A stretch of 62,072 nucleotides of DNA, filler included. It is 5 parts of 5 records of this genome, joined end to end, with 100 filler letters (N's around TTAATTAATTAA, not from the genome) between each part and the next. Parts side by side here need not be neighbours in the genome. Positions count along the whole stretch, not along the records: positions 1 to 15,584 come from DRR723986_9219; positions 15,685 to 21,524 come from DRR723986_9225; 3 more parts are not named here. One strand, 5' to 3'. The notes beneath the pieces are model-generated. The model was not told the DNA's origin. It did not search any database and was given only the letters and a program-made list of their open reading frames with translations. Positions 9,399 through 18,219 of this stretch are shown here, one piece after another. Made by a program: the position numbers and the translations under genes. Position 1 is the first letter of the stretch, and each line of letters opens with the position of its first letter.

Positions 9399-10751
9399 TT
9401 ACTTGCCGTCATCCTCCGGGGCAGTGCCGCCACCGGACCCGGCCCCACCGCCGCCACCGATGATCAATTGCGCCTCGGGGTAGCCGACCACGTCATAGGG
9501 TTGCAACGTGCCGACATAAATGTCGTAGCGGCCCTGCGGCGGGGCACCCCAAACGAGGCTCGGGTTGATGCCACCGGCCCCGTTGTCATCGCAATACCAC
9601 TGCCCGTCCGGCCCGTTGATCAACAGGCTGGTGTCGCTCTGCGAGGTCACCGAGAACGACAGCGGCGCGCCAACACCTTGGTAATACACCTGGAAATCCG
9701 GTGCCTCGGCCACGTAACCGGCACAGCCCTGACCGGCGCTGGAGGCTTCAAGCAGACCGCCAGCCAGCAGGTGTTGCAGGTAGGGATCGGGGGCAAAGCC
9801 GCTGGACAGGGTCACGTTCCCGAAGGTCGGCGGCAGGTTGAAGTTGGGCTCGCTCGGGCGCAGATCGACCTGCGGGGTTTCGCCCGCCATGGTCGCCGCG
9901 ATCCAGTCGCTGTAGGCCGAGACGCGGGTATAGGTGCCGTAATGGTCGCCGTCCTGGTGGCAGTAGTTGCCCCCCGACACCAGCCCGACCTGCACATAGC
10001 CCTGCGGGTCAGAGGCCAGCAGCGGCCCGCCGCTATCGCCCCGGCAGGCATCGGCCACGGCCTCCTGGAACCCGGCGCAGATCACCCCGCCTCCGGCATT
10101 GGAGGAACATAGCTGATTATGCACAATCGGCACCGCCGCGCCGAGCAGCACCTGCGACGTGTCCCACATCGACGGCGGCGAAGAGGTCGCGCGTTCCGCT
10201 TGCGTCAGCGGCCCACGGCCACGCGCGATATGCGGCGGCGGGGTCAGGCCCCAGCCGATGATCACGGTCTGACCGCCGATCTGTTCGACCATCGGCGCCA
10301 GCCCCGCATCCGACAGGCGCACCGGGGTAATCCCCGTGGGGCGCGCGATCTCCAGCAGGGCGATATCGTTGATCCCAACCCCCTGATAGCCCGCATGCAC
10401 AAAGACCCGCGACACATCAAAGGCGGTGCCGCCGCCCTGAAGGCTGGAGGTGTTGGTGTAAATCTCCAACCCGTTCGGGTTGTTGGGGGCAACGCTGTCG
10501 ACGCAATGGGCCGCGGTCAGCACCCACCGGTCGGCAATCACCGTGCCGCCGCAGAAATGGCCGTCAAAGCGGCTGCGGGCGTTGGCCTGGTTCAGCGACA
10601 CCATCCAGGGAAAATCGCTGATCGACACGGCACAGCCGCCCATCACCCGATCGGCGGAACAGAATTCCTGTGCCTGGGCGGACTCTGGCGCCGCTAGAAA
10701 ACCAACCGTCAACAGAGCGGCCCCTAGGGTCAAAGATCTCATATCGTTCAT
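9399..10751 (-). CDS. Secreted trypsin-like serine protease (S1) with C-terminal PPC-like module
   Basis: Signal peptide; R-VMGG; HFCGG; catalytic triad LTAAHC / NDIALL / GDSGGP; S1-pocket Asp in DACRGDS. Confidence 0.93.
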   Translation of the reverse strand: MNDMRSLTLGAALLTVGFLAAPESAQAQEFCSADRVMGGCAVSISDFPWMVSLNQANARSRFDGHFCGGTVIADRWVLTAAHCVDSVAPNNPNGLEIYTNTSSLQGGGTAFDVSRVFVHAGYQGVGINDIALLEIARPTGITPVRLSDAGLAPMVEQIGGQTVIIGWGLTPPPHIARGRGPLTQAERATSSPPSMWDTSQVLLGAAVPIVHNQLCSSNAGGGVICAGFQEAVADACRGDSGGPLLASDPQGYVQVGLVSGGNYCHQDGDHYGTYTRVSAYSDWIAATMAGETPQVDLRPSEPNFNLPPTFGNVTLSSGFAPDPYLQHLLAGGLLEASSAGQGCAGYVAEAPDFQVYYQGVGAPLSFSVTSQSDTSLLINGPDGQWYCDDNGAGGINPSLVWGAPPQGRYDIYVGTLQPYDVVGYPEAQLIIGGGGGAGSGGGTAPEDDGK

Positions 10752-10802
10752 CCTTTCTTACCCTGACAGCCCGGCCCATTTCGGGACCGGACCGGAAAAG
10801 TC

Positions 10803-12212
10803 CTAGTCCAATGTCCGTTCAATCGTGGCCTCGGGGTTCAACGCGATAATCGGCGGAACCTCGGTGGGAGAGGCGGCGATCGACCCAATGCCCGCCTCTG
10901 CGTCATCCTGCACAAAGGGCGCGACGACGACCGGCTCTGGCTCTGGCTCAGGCAGCAGTGCCTCGACGATCAGTTCAGCATCGGGCGCAATCGACAGCTC
11001 CCTCTCTGTGCCGACCCAGATGCGATAACTGCCCTCGCTCGGATCGCTCAGGGCGACCACCGGTGCTGACCCGTCCGACATGGTGCCCCGGCACAGCCAC
11101 GTGCCATCGGGGCGGCGCATCACCAGAACGGTGTCTTCATCGCTGAGCGTCGTCAGCCGCAGCGGGCCAAGCTCTGCCTGCCAGTCGAGCTGGAAATCCG
11201 GGCTGCTGGCCACGAAGCCGTGGCAATTGCCGCCAAGCTGCGACGCGTCCTCATACCCGCCGGCCAGCATATCCAGCGCCAATGCGGTTTCCGGCGGGCC
11301 AGAGGCCAGTTCGATCACGCCATATAGCGGCTCGCCCTCATCCTCGATCCCCCGGCCGGGCTTGCCCTCACTTGGCAGACTGTTGGCCACCTGCACGGGC
11401 ACCTCGTTTGTGTCGCCGCGCCCGTCGCCGATCTGAAACTGCGGCGGAATCTCTCCCGCAAAAGCAAACTCCAGCCATGGCACCTGACGGCCCTGCGTGG
11501 CGTTGCGCACCGCGAAAGACACCTCGTACATGATGTCGTCAATGCGCCGCGTGGGCCGTTCCAGCGCCTGCAACAGCGCCCCGGTAAACAGCCCGTTGCG
11601 CCCCTCGCCATCCGAGGAGGTCTGACCCGGTGCGGCGGCATACATGATGAAGGCAGAGGCACCGGCAGGCGTATCCATCGTCGTCAGGCCGATCCCCAGG
11701 TCACGCCCGCCACCGCGTTCGGGCAGTGGGTTATTGCGGCAAGCATCGAGGATGATCACCCCGGTAGCGCCAGTCGCCGCCAGCCGTTCCAGCAGGCGAG
11801 GCGCGGGATAGGCCCAGTCCGGCACATCCTCGGCAAAAGAGATCTCTTCGTCGTCGGTAGGGATAAGATAGTTGGTGCCTTTGTATTCCACCCCGTGCCC
11901 GGCGAAATAGAACACCGCCAGATCACCGGGGTTCAGGCTGCGGGTGAAATCGCGAATCGCCACCTGCATCCCGTGCAGATCCTGGTCCAGAAGCGGCCCG
12001 TCGCCATGCACGCGAAAGCCGATTTCCGACAGGCGTTCGGCCATGTCGGCGGCATCATTGACCGGGTTGATCAGTGGGTGAGACGCATATTCGGAATTGC
12101 CGATAATCAGCGCAACCCGTTCCGCCCGAGCCAGCCCGGGCAGGCATAGCCCGCACAGAACCGTCACAGCAGCCAGCAGAATGTAAGCCAGAAGGCCGCG
12201 GGGGCGCGCCAC
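10803..12212 (-). CDS. Secreted caspase-family (peptidase C14) protein with C-terminal PPC-like module
   Basis: Signal peptide ending ARA; RVALIIGNSEY, NPVNDA; dyad YFAGHG and ILDACRNNP; RNGLFTGAL; QVPW. Confidence 0.9.
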   Translation of the reverse strand: MARPRGLLAYILLAAVTVLCGLCLPGLARAERVALIIGNSEYASHPLINPVNDAADMAERLSEIGFRVHGDGPLLDQDLHGMQVAIRDFTRSLNPGDLAVFYFAGHGVEYKGTNYLIPTDDEEISFAEDVPDWAYPAPRLLERLAATGATGVIILDACRNNPLPERGGGRDLGIGLTTMDTPAGASAFIMYAAAPGQTSSDGEGRNGLFTGALLQALERPTRRIDDIMYEVSFAVRNATQGRQVPWLEFAFAGEIPPQFQIGDGRGDTNEVPVQVANSLPSEGKPGRGIEDEGEPLYGVIELASGPPETALALDMLAGGYEDASQLGGNCHGFVASSPDFQLDWQAELGPLRLTTLSDEDTVLVMRRPDGTWLCRGTMSDGSAPVVALSDPSEGSYRIWVGTERELSIAPDAELIVEALLPEPEPEPVVVAPFVQDDAEAGIGSIAASPTEVPPIIALNPEATIERTLD

Positions 12213-12309
12213 GTCCGTTCTCCCAAAATCACTAACCTAATGCGGCACAGTATGACCGGAAATTTCCGATCCGCCGACTCTTTTTTGTCGGTTCAGGCGG
12301 GGATTAGGT

Positions 12310-13563
12310 TCAAACGGCTAAGAAAATCTGTAGGTCCGCCACGTTGGTGCCGGTGGCCCCGGTCATCAGCAGATCGCCCGAGGCCGTCAGGGCCGCATAG
12401 CTGTCGCTATTGGCCAGGAGAGCACGCGGATCGGCCCCTGCGGCACGCATACGGGCCAGGCTAGCCCCATCCACGACCCCACCCGCCGCATCTGTTGGCC
12501 CGTCGCGCCCGTCGGTGCCACCCGACAGGAACAGCCAGTCGCCGGTCAAGCCCCGCTCCTCGGCCAGCAACGCAACCCGCAGCGCCAGTTCCTGATTGCG
12601 CCCGCCGCGCCCGTCGCCTTGCAGGATCACCGTGGTTTCGCCCCCGAACAGCAGCGCGGTGCCGGGGGGCGTATCGGCAGCAAGGTCCAGCACATGGGCA
12701 GCAGCATCCGTCACCAGCCCGGTCAACGGATCATCCATGACCCGCACGGGCCGGGCGGCGGCAGCGGCCATCGCCGCAACGCTGATCGCGTTTGAACCGA
12801 TCAACTCGGTGTCAGGCATAGGCAGGGGTTCGCGCGCCTCTTGCCGCTCCATCGCAACCCGCGCCGTTTCGGGCATCTGATCCCAAATGCCAAGCCGCCG
12901 GGCCACATCGCGGGCAGTGGCGTGGTCGGCAATCGGCCCCACGGTCGGGCCACTGGCGATCACCCGCAGATCATCGCCCACCACATCCGACAGGATCAGG
13001 CTGCGCACATGCGCCGGCGCGGCCAGCCGCAGCAACCCGCCGCCTTTGAAGCGGGACAGCGCCTGCCTGACAATATTCGTGTCCTCGATATCGGCACCCG
13101 AGGCCAGCAAAAGCCGGTTCACCTCGGCCTTGTCCGCCAGCGTGACGCCCTTGACCGGCCCCGGCAACAAGGCCGATCCCCCGCCCGAGATCAGCGCCAG
13201 AACCAGGTCACCTGCGCCCGCCTCTCGCAGCAGTTTTTCCGCCGCCAGCCCGGCAATCACGCCATTTCCGTCCGGCACCGGGTGCCCCGCCCCGTAACAG
13301 GCAACGCCCGCGATATCGCGATGGTTTTCGTAATTGGTGACGATCAGGCAACGGGTCGCGACGCCCTTGGGCACCGCAGCGCGCGCGGCTTCCATCATCC
13401 CGTTGGCGGCCTTGCCGATGGCCAGCAGGATCAGCGCCCCACCCTCGGGCGCCACCACCGGACGCGTGGCCAATGCCCGCGCGACCGCACCCACCGGGTC
13501 GGCAGCGGCCACACCGGCCATGAAAAGATCGGTCACTTCGGATCGGATCGCATCAAGGGTCAT
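12310..13563 (-). CDS. Glycerate 2-kinase (DUF4147/MOFRL family)
   Basis: IGKAA, ISGGGSAL, SDVVGDD, GGETTV, GGRNQE, TDGRDG, TGTNVAD. Confidence 0.93.
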   Translation of the reverse strand: MTLDAIRSEVTDLFMAGVAAADPVGAVARALATRPVVAPEGGALILLAIGKAANGMMEAARAAVPKGVATRCLIVTNYENHRDIAGVACYGAGHPVPDGNGVIAGLAAEKLLREAGAGDLVLALISGGGSALLPGPVKGVTLADKAEVNRLLLASGADIEDTNIVRQALSRFKGGGLLRLAAPAHVRSLILSDVVGDDLRVIASGPTVGPIADHATARDVARRLGIWDQMPETARVAMERQEAREPLPMPDTELIGSNAISVAAMAAAAARPVRVMDDPLTGLVTDAAAHVLDLAADTPPGTALLFGGETTVILQGDGRGGRNQELALRVALLAEERGLTGDWLFLSGGTDGRDGPTDAAGGVVDGASLARMRAAGADPRALLANSDSYAALTASGDLLMTGATGTNVADLQIFLAV

Positions 13564-13661
13564 CGGGCATCACTCTGGCGGAAAGCTCGCGCGGACAATC
13601 CCAAAGCGCTGCCTCCCTGTCCATCCGCTAATCCCGAAACCTGCGAAACCGGGATGCTGGA

Positions 13662-15194
13662 TCAGAACAGGAATTCCCAGACCGCCACCGACACGAAGGC
13701 CAGCAACACGCCCCCCGCCAGATATCCCAGCCGTTCCCCCACGCGCGACCGCCGGGCGGGCGGCAGCGTATTGGCGCGGGCCAGCAGCGCATCCTGCGCC
13801 ATTTGCGGCAGGCGCGGGCCGAACCGGGACAGCACCATCGCCGTGCGCACAAGGTCACGCACCACCGCCTTGGGGCCGATATTTTCGGTGATGTATTGTT
13901 CCACCACCGGGCGCGCCGTGCTCCAGATATTAATGTTTTCATCCAGCGACCGGGCCACGCCTTCGACCACCACCATGGTGCGTTGCAGCAAGATCAGCTC
14001 GGTCCGGGTTTCCATGCCGAACTGTTCTGTCACCTCAAAGAGGTAAGACAGCAGCCGCGCCATGGAAATCCGGCTGGCATCCATGCCGAAAATCGGCTCT
14101 CCCACTGACCGCAGGGCCTGCGCAAACTCATCAATGTCTCGGTCGGCAGGCACGTAACCGGCCTCGAAATGCACCTCTGCCACGCGGCGATAATCGCGTC
14201 GGATGAAGCCCATCAGGATCTCGGCATAGACCCGGCGGGTATACTCATCGAGCCGCCCCATGATCCCGAAATCCAGCGCCACGATATCGCCGTTCGGCGC
14301 GACCTTTAGGTTTCCCTGATGCATGTCGGCGTGGAAAAATCCGTCGCGCAGCGCGTGGCGCAGGAACATCTGCAAGACACGTTCGGCCAGCGCCGTGCGG
14401 TCATGACCCGCCGCGTCGATGGCCTCGATATCGCTGAAGGACACGCCCTCGGCCCAATCCAGCATCATCACCCGGCGCGAACACAGGAACCAGTTCACCG
14501 CCGGAACGGTAAAACCCTCATCGCCCTCGGTTCGCGCGGCAAATTCCCCGGCGGCTGAGCTTTCGATGCGCAGATCCAACTCTCGCAGAACCACACCCTC
14601 GAAATGTGCGATCACCTCCTGCGGGCGTAGACGGCGCGACGCGGGCGACAGGATCTCGATCCATTGCGCCATCAGGTAAAACGCGTCGATATCCCGCTGA
14701 AAGGCGCGTTCGATGCCGGGGCGCAGCACCTTGACAGCCACCTCCTGCCCGGTGTCGCGCAACCGCGCCCGATGCACCTGCGCGATGGACGCGGCGGCGA
14801 CGGGTTCCGAAAATTCGGTGAACAGCTCCTCGACCGGCATGTCCAGTTCATGCGCGATGGTGCGCTTGGCAATGGCGCTGTCAAAGGCGGGCAGCTTGTC
14901 CTGCAACACCCTGAGTTCCCGCGCCAGATCGGGGCCGACCACGTCGGGGCGGGTGGAAAGGATCTGGCCGAACTTGATATAGGCCGGGCCAAGCGCCGTC
15001 AGCGCCCGGACCAAGGGCGGCAGGCTGGTGTCGCCGCGCAGCCCCAGCCATTTGAACGGCCACGCCAGCACCCGCAGCCCAAGGCGCACACCGCGCGGGG
15101 CATCCATTGCCTCCAGCGCTTCGGCCATGGCGCCGGTGCGTTCGAACGTGGCGCCGGTGCGGATCAGCCGCCAGATGTTGTGCGGTCCCCGCAT
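13662..15194 (-). CDS. ubiB: Ubiquinone biosynthesis kinase-like protein UbiB
   Basis: LGPAYIKFGQ, AAASIAQVH, VAVKV, FFHADMHQGN, DFG; follows ubiE. Confidence 0.96.
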   Translation of the reverse strand: MRGPHNIWRLIRTGATFERTGAMAEALEAMDAPRGVRLGLRVLAWPFKWLGLRGDTSLPPLVRALTALGPAYIKFGQILSTRPDVVGPDLARELRVLQDKLPAFDSAIAKRTIAHELDMPVEELFTEFSEPVAAASIAQVHRARLRDTGQEVAVKVLRPGIERAFQRDIDAFYLMAQWIEILSPASRRLRPQEVIAHFEGVVLRELDLRIESSAAGEFAARTEGDEGFTVPAVNWFLCSRRVMMLDWAEGVSFSDIEAIDAAGHDRTALAERVLQMFLRHALRDGFFHADMHQGNLKVAPNGDIVALDFGIMGRLDEYTRRVYAEILMGFIRRDYRRVAEVHFEAGYVPADRDIDEFAQALRSVGEPIFGMDASRISMARLLSYLFEVTEQFGMETRTELILLQRTMVVVEGVARSLDENINIWSTARPVVEQYITENIGPKAVVRDLVRTAMVLSRFGPRLPQMAQDALLARANTLPPARRSRVGERLGYLAGGVLLAFVSVAVWEFLF

Positions 15195-15195
15195 C

Positions 15196-15584
15196 TCAGA
15201 TCTTCCAGCCCGAATGCAGCGCCGCAATGCCCATGGACAGGTTGCGATACTTGACCATGTCGAAGCCTGCCTCGCGGATCATGCTGGCGAACATCTCCTG
15301 ATCGGGGAATTTGCGGATGCTTTCGACAAGGTACTGATAGCTATCCGCATCCCCCGCAATAACCTTGCCCATCTTCGGAATCACGTTGAACGAATAGAGA
15401 TCGTAAAGCTTCTGCATCCCCTCGTTCGGCAATTGGCTGAATTCCAGCACCATGATCCGCCCGCCGGGTTTCAGCACGCGGTAAGCTTCGGACAGGGCAT
15501 CGGGGATGCGCGTCACGTTCCGAATGCCGAAGCTGATCGTGTAGACGTCAAAGCTGTTGTCCTCGAACGGCAGCGCCATGGCGT
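15196..15584 (-). CDS. ubiE: Ubiquinone/menaquinone C-methyltransferase UbiE (5' truncated by contig end)
   Basis: [20 protein letters not shown]...RVLKPGG...[12 protein letters not shown]. Confidence 0.95.
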
Positions 15585-15684
15585 NNNNNNNNNNNNNNNN
15601 NNNNNNNNNNNNNNNNNNNNNNNNNNNNTTAATTAATTAANNNNNNNNNNNNNNNNNNNNNNNNNNNNNNNNNNNNNNNNNNNN
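15585..15684. other. Artificial contig linker
   Basis: N44-TTAATTAATTAA-N44, with stops in all six frames. Confidence 0.98.
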
Positions 15685-15908
15685 ACCCCATATTCCAGCA
15701 ACCGGTCCTTGGCCCAAGCTCCATCCGCACCAACAGCACCGATATGCATCACCCGCGCCGCGGCACGCGCGGCAGCAACAGACATATTTGCGCCTTTGCC
15801 CCCCAGCCCACGGTCAAAGCCGGTCGCGGCGAGGGTCTCCCCCGGTTCGGGCAAATGCGGCACCCGGTAAAAGTTGTCCGCATTGATCGAACCGAGGTTC
15901 CAGATCAT
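15685..15908 (-). CDS. rbsK: Ribokinase (3' truncated)
   Basis: NLGSINAD...PGETL...GGKGANMSVAAAR...IGAVGADG, PfkB signature. Confidence 0.88.
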
Positions 15909-18163
15909 TTACCAACCTCACACGCCGCAAGGATCGCCATGTTCAGGATGTCGTTGGCTGTCGCGTTGGTCGAGCAAATCTGGATTGATTGATCCAAACC
16001 CGTCAAGATCGGCCCGATCACCGTTGCGCCGCCCATTTCCTGCATCAGCTTAACAGATATGCTGGCCGAGTGCCGCGCAGGAACCACCAGAATGTTCGCA
16101 GGCCCCGTCAAACGCGAGAACGGATAGCTTTTCTGTGCCGCCGCGTTTAGCGCCACATCCACAGTCATTTCGCCCTCGTATTCAAAATCAACGCCACGCG
16201 CATCCAGAACGGTCGGTGCGAGGTGCATCTTTTCTGCGCGTTCCGACACCGGATAGCCAAACGTCGAGAAGCTGACGAAGGCCACACGTGGCTCAAGCCC
16301 CAAATGCCGCGCAACCCGTGCACCGCTTTCTGCGATATTCGCCAGATCATTTTCATCCGGCCATTCATGCACCAGCGTATCGGCAATGAACACGATCCGC
16401 CCCTTGTGCATCAACGCGGTAAACCCTGCCGCGCCATGTTCGGCATTTGCCTCAAACACATGGTTGATCCGCTCCAGCACATGCGCAGATTTGCGCGTTG
16501 CGCCGGTGACAAGACCATCACCATGCCCATGCGCCAGCATCAATGCGCCAAACACATGACGATCACGGGCGGCCAGACGGTGAATGTCTTTTTTGTCAAA
16601 CCCGCGCCGCTGCAAACGGCCATAGAGAAAGTCTTTGTAGCTGTCCAAATGCATGGTGTTGGCTGCGTTCACCACCTCCAGCTCTCGCACTGCATCGGCC
16701 ATACCGGTCGCTTCGAGCTTGGCTTTGACATCATCGGGCCGGCCTACAACCAAAGCTTTGCCAAGGCCGGAGCGTTGATACATCACTGCCGCCCGCAATA
16801 CCCGTGGATCATCCCCCTCAGCAAAGACCATCCGTGCCTGATTGGCCCGTGCACGGGCATTGATGCCGCGCAGGATATTCGCGGTTGGGTCCATGCGGGA
16901 TTTCAGGTTCAGCTCATAGGCATCCATATCAATGATCGGACGTCGGGCCACACCGGTATCCATCCCCGCCCGCGCAACTGCTGGCGGAATGCGGTGGATC
17001 AGCCGTGGATCAAACGGCGTGGGAATGATGTAGTCGCGACCAAAGCTCAGCGTCTTGCCATAGGCCACAGCAACTTCATCTGGCACATCTTCCCGCGCAA
17101 GATTAGCAAGCGCATGGGCGCAGGCGATCTTCATCTCGTCGTTGATCGCACGGGCATGAATATCCAGCGCGCCGCGGAACAGATAGGGAAAGCCCAGAAC
17201 GTTGTTGACCTGATTTGGATAATCGCTGCGCCCGGTGGCGACGATGGCATCCATACGCACCTCATGTGCCTCTTCCGGCGTGATTTCGGGATCAGGGTTT
17301 GCCATGGCAAAGATCACCGGATTGTCCGCCATACTGGCCACCATATCGGGGGTCACGGCGCCTTTGACTGACACGCCAAGGAAGACATCGGCGTCTTTCA
17401 TAGCGTCTTCCAAAGTGCGCAACTTGGTGTTTGCCGCATGGGCCGATTTCCACTGGTTCATACCTTCGGTACGGCCTTGGTAAATCACCCCTTTGGTGTC
17501 ACACATGATGCAATTGTCATGCTTTGCACCCATCGCCTTGAGCAGCTCAAGACAGGCAATACCCGCCGCACCTGCGCCGTTGAGCACGATTTTCACATCT
17601 TCGATCTTTTTGCCGGAGATATGAAGAGCGTTGATCAATCCCGCCGCACAGATCACGGCCGTGCCATGCTGATCATCATGAAAGACAGGGATATCCATCT
17701 CTTCTTTCAGGCGCTGCTCAATGATAAAACACTCCGGCGCTTTGATGTCCTCAAGGTTGATCCCGCCAAAGGTCGGCCCCATCAACTTGCAGGCGTTGAT
17801 AAAGGCTTCGGTGTCTTCGGTATCCAGCTCAATATCGATGGAGTTCACATCGGCAAACCGCTTGAACAGAACCGCCTTGCCCTCCATCACCGGCTTGGAC
17901 GCCAACGCGCCCAGATTGCCAAGCCCCAGAACCGCGGTCCCGTTTGAGATCACCGCCACAAGGTTGCCCTTGTTGGTGTAATCATAAGCCGTTTCGGGCG
18001 TTTCCGCGATTGCCTCACAAGGCACGGCAACACCGGGCGAATAGGCCAGGCTCAAATCGCGTTGGGTGGTCATCGGGACGGTAGCGCTGATCTCAAACTT
18101 GCCGGGGCTGGGTTCAAGGTGGAAGGCAAGCGCTTCTTCTGAGGTAATACGGTTCTTGGTCAC
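15905..18163 (-). CDS. maeB: NADP-dependent malic enzyme with PTA-like C-terminal domain
   Basis: SLAYSPGVA, KPVMEGKAVLFK, HDDQHGTA, TGRSDYPNQVNN; C-terminal VFAEGDD; GTG start at 18163. Confidence 0.95.
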   Translation of the reverse strand: MTKNRITSEEALAFHLEPSPGKFEISATVPMTTQRDLSLAYSPGVAVPCEAIAETPETAYDYTNKGNLVAVISNGTAVLGLGNLGALASKPVMEGKAVLFKRFADVNSIDIELDTEDTEAFINACKLMGPTFGGINLEDIKAPECFIIEQRLKEEMDIPVFHDDQHGTAVICAAGLINALHISGKKIEDVKIVLNGAGAAGIACLELLKAMGAKHDNCIMCDTKGVIYQGRTEGMNQWKSAHAANTKLRTLEDAMKDADVFLGVSVKGAVTPDMVASMADNPVIFAMANPDPEITPEEAHEVRMDAIVATGRSDYPNQVNNVLGFPYLFRGALDIHARAINDEMKIACAHALANLAREDVPDEVAVAYGKTLSFGRDYIIPTPFDPRLIHRIPPAVARAGMDTGVARRPIIDMDAYELNLKSRMDPTANILRGINARARANQARMVFAEGDDPRVLRAAVMYQRSGLGKALVVGRPDDVKAKLEATGMADAVRELEVVNAANTMHLDSYKDFLYGRLQRRGFDKKDIHRLAARDRHVFGALMLAHGHGDGLVTGATRKSAHVLERINHVFEANAEHGAAGFTALMHKGRIVFIADTLVHEWPDENDLANIAESGARVARHLGLEPRVAFVSFSTFGYPVSERAEKMHLAPTVLDARGVDFEYEGEMTVDVALNAAAQKSYPFSRLTGPANILVVPARHSASISVKLMQEMGGATVIGPILTGLDQSIQICSTNATANDILNMAILAACEVGK

Positions 18164-18219
18164 GGGATCGGCTCTCTGCTGTTTAGACGAGTCATAGACA
18201 GCAAAGCACGGGCATACAA

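Noticed and set aside
9399-12212. Anti-phage caspase/trypsin effector system (gasdermin, CHAT or Avs-like)
   Set aside because: Both proteins have signal peptides, and no NTPase, sensor or pore-forming gene is adjacent.
15629-15640. TTAATTAATTAA palindrome occurring four times in the window
   Set aside because: It is an artificial six-frame-stop linker, not biological.
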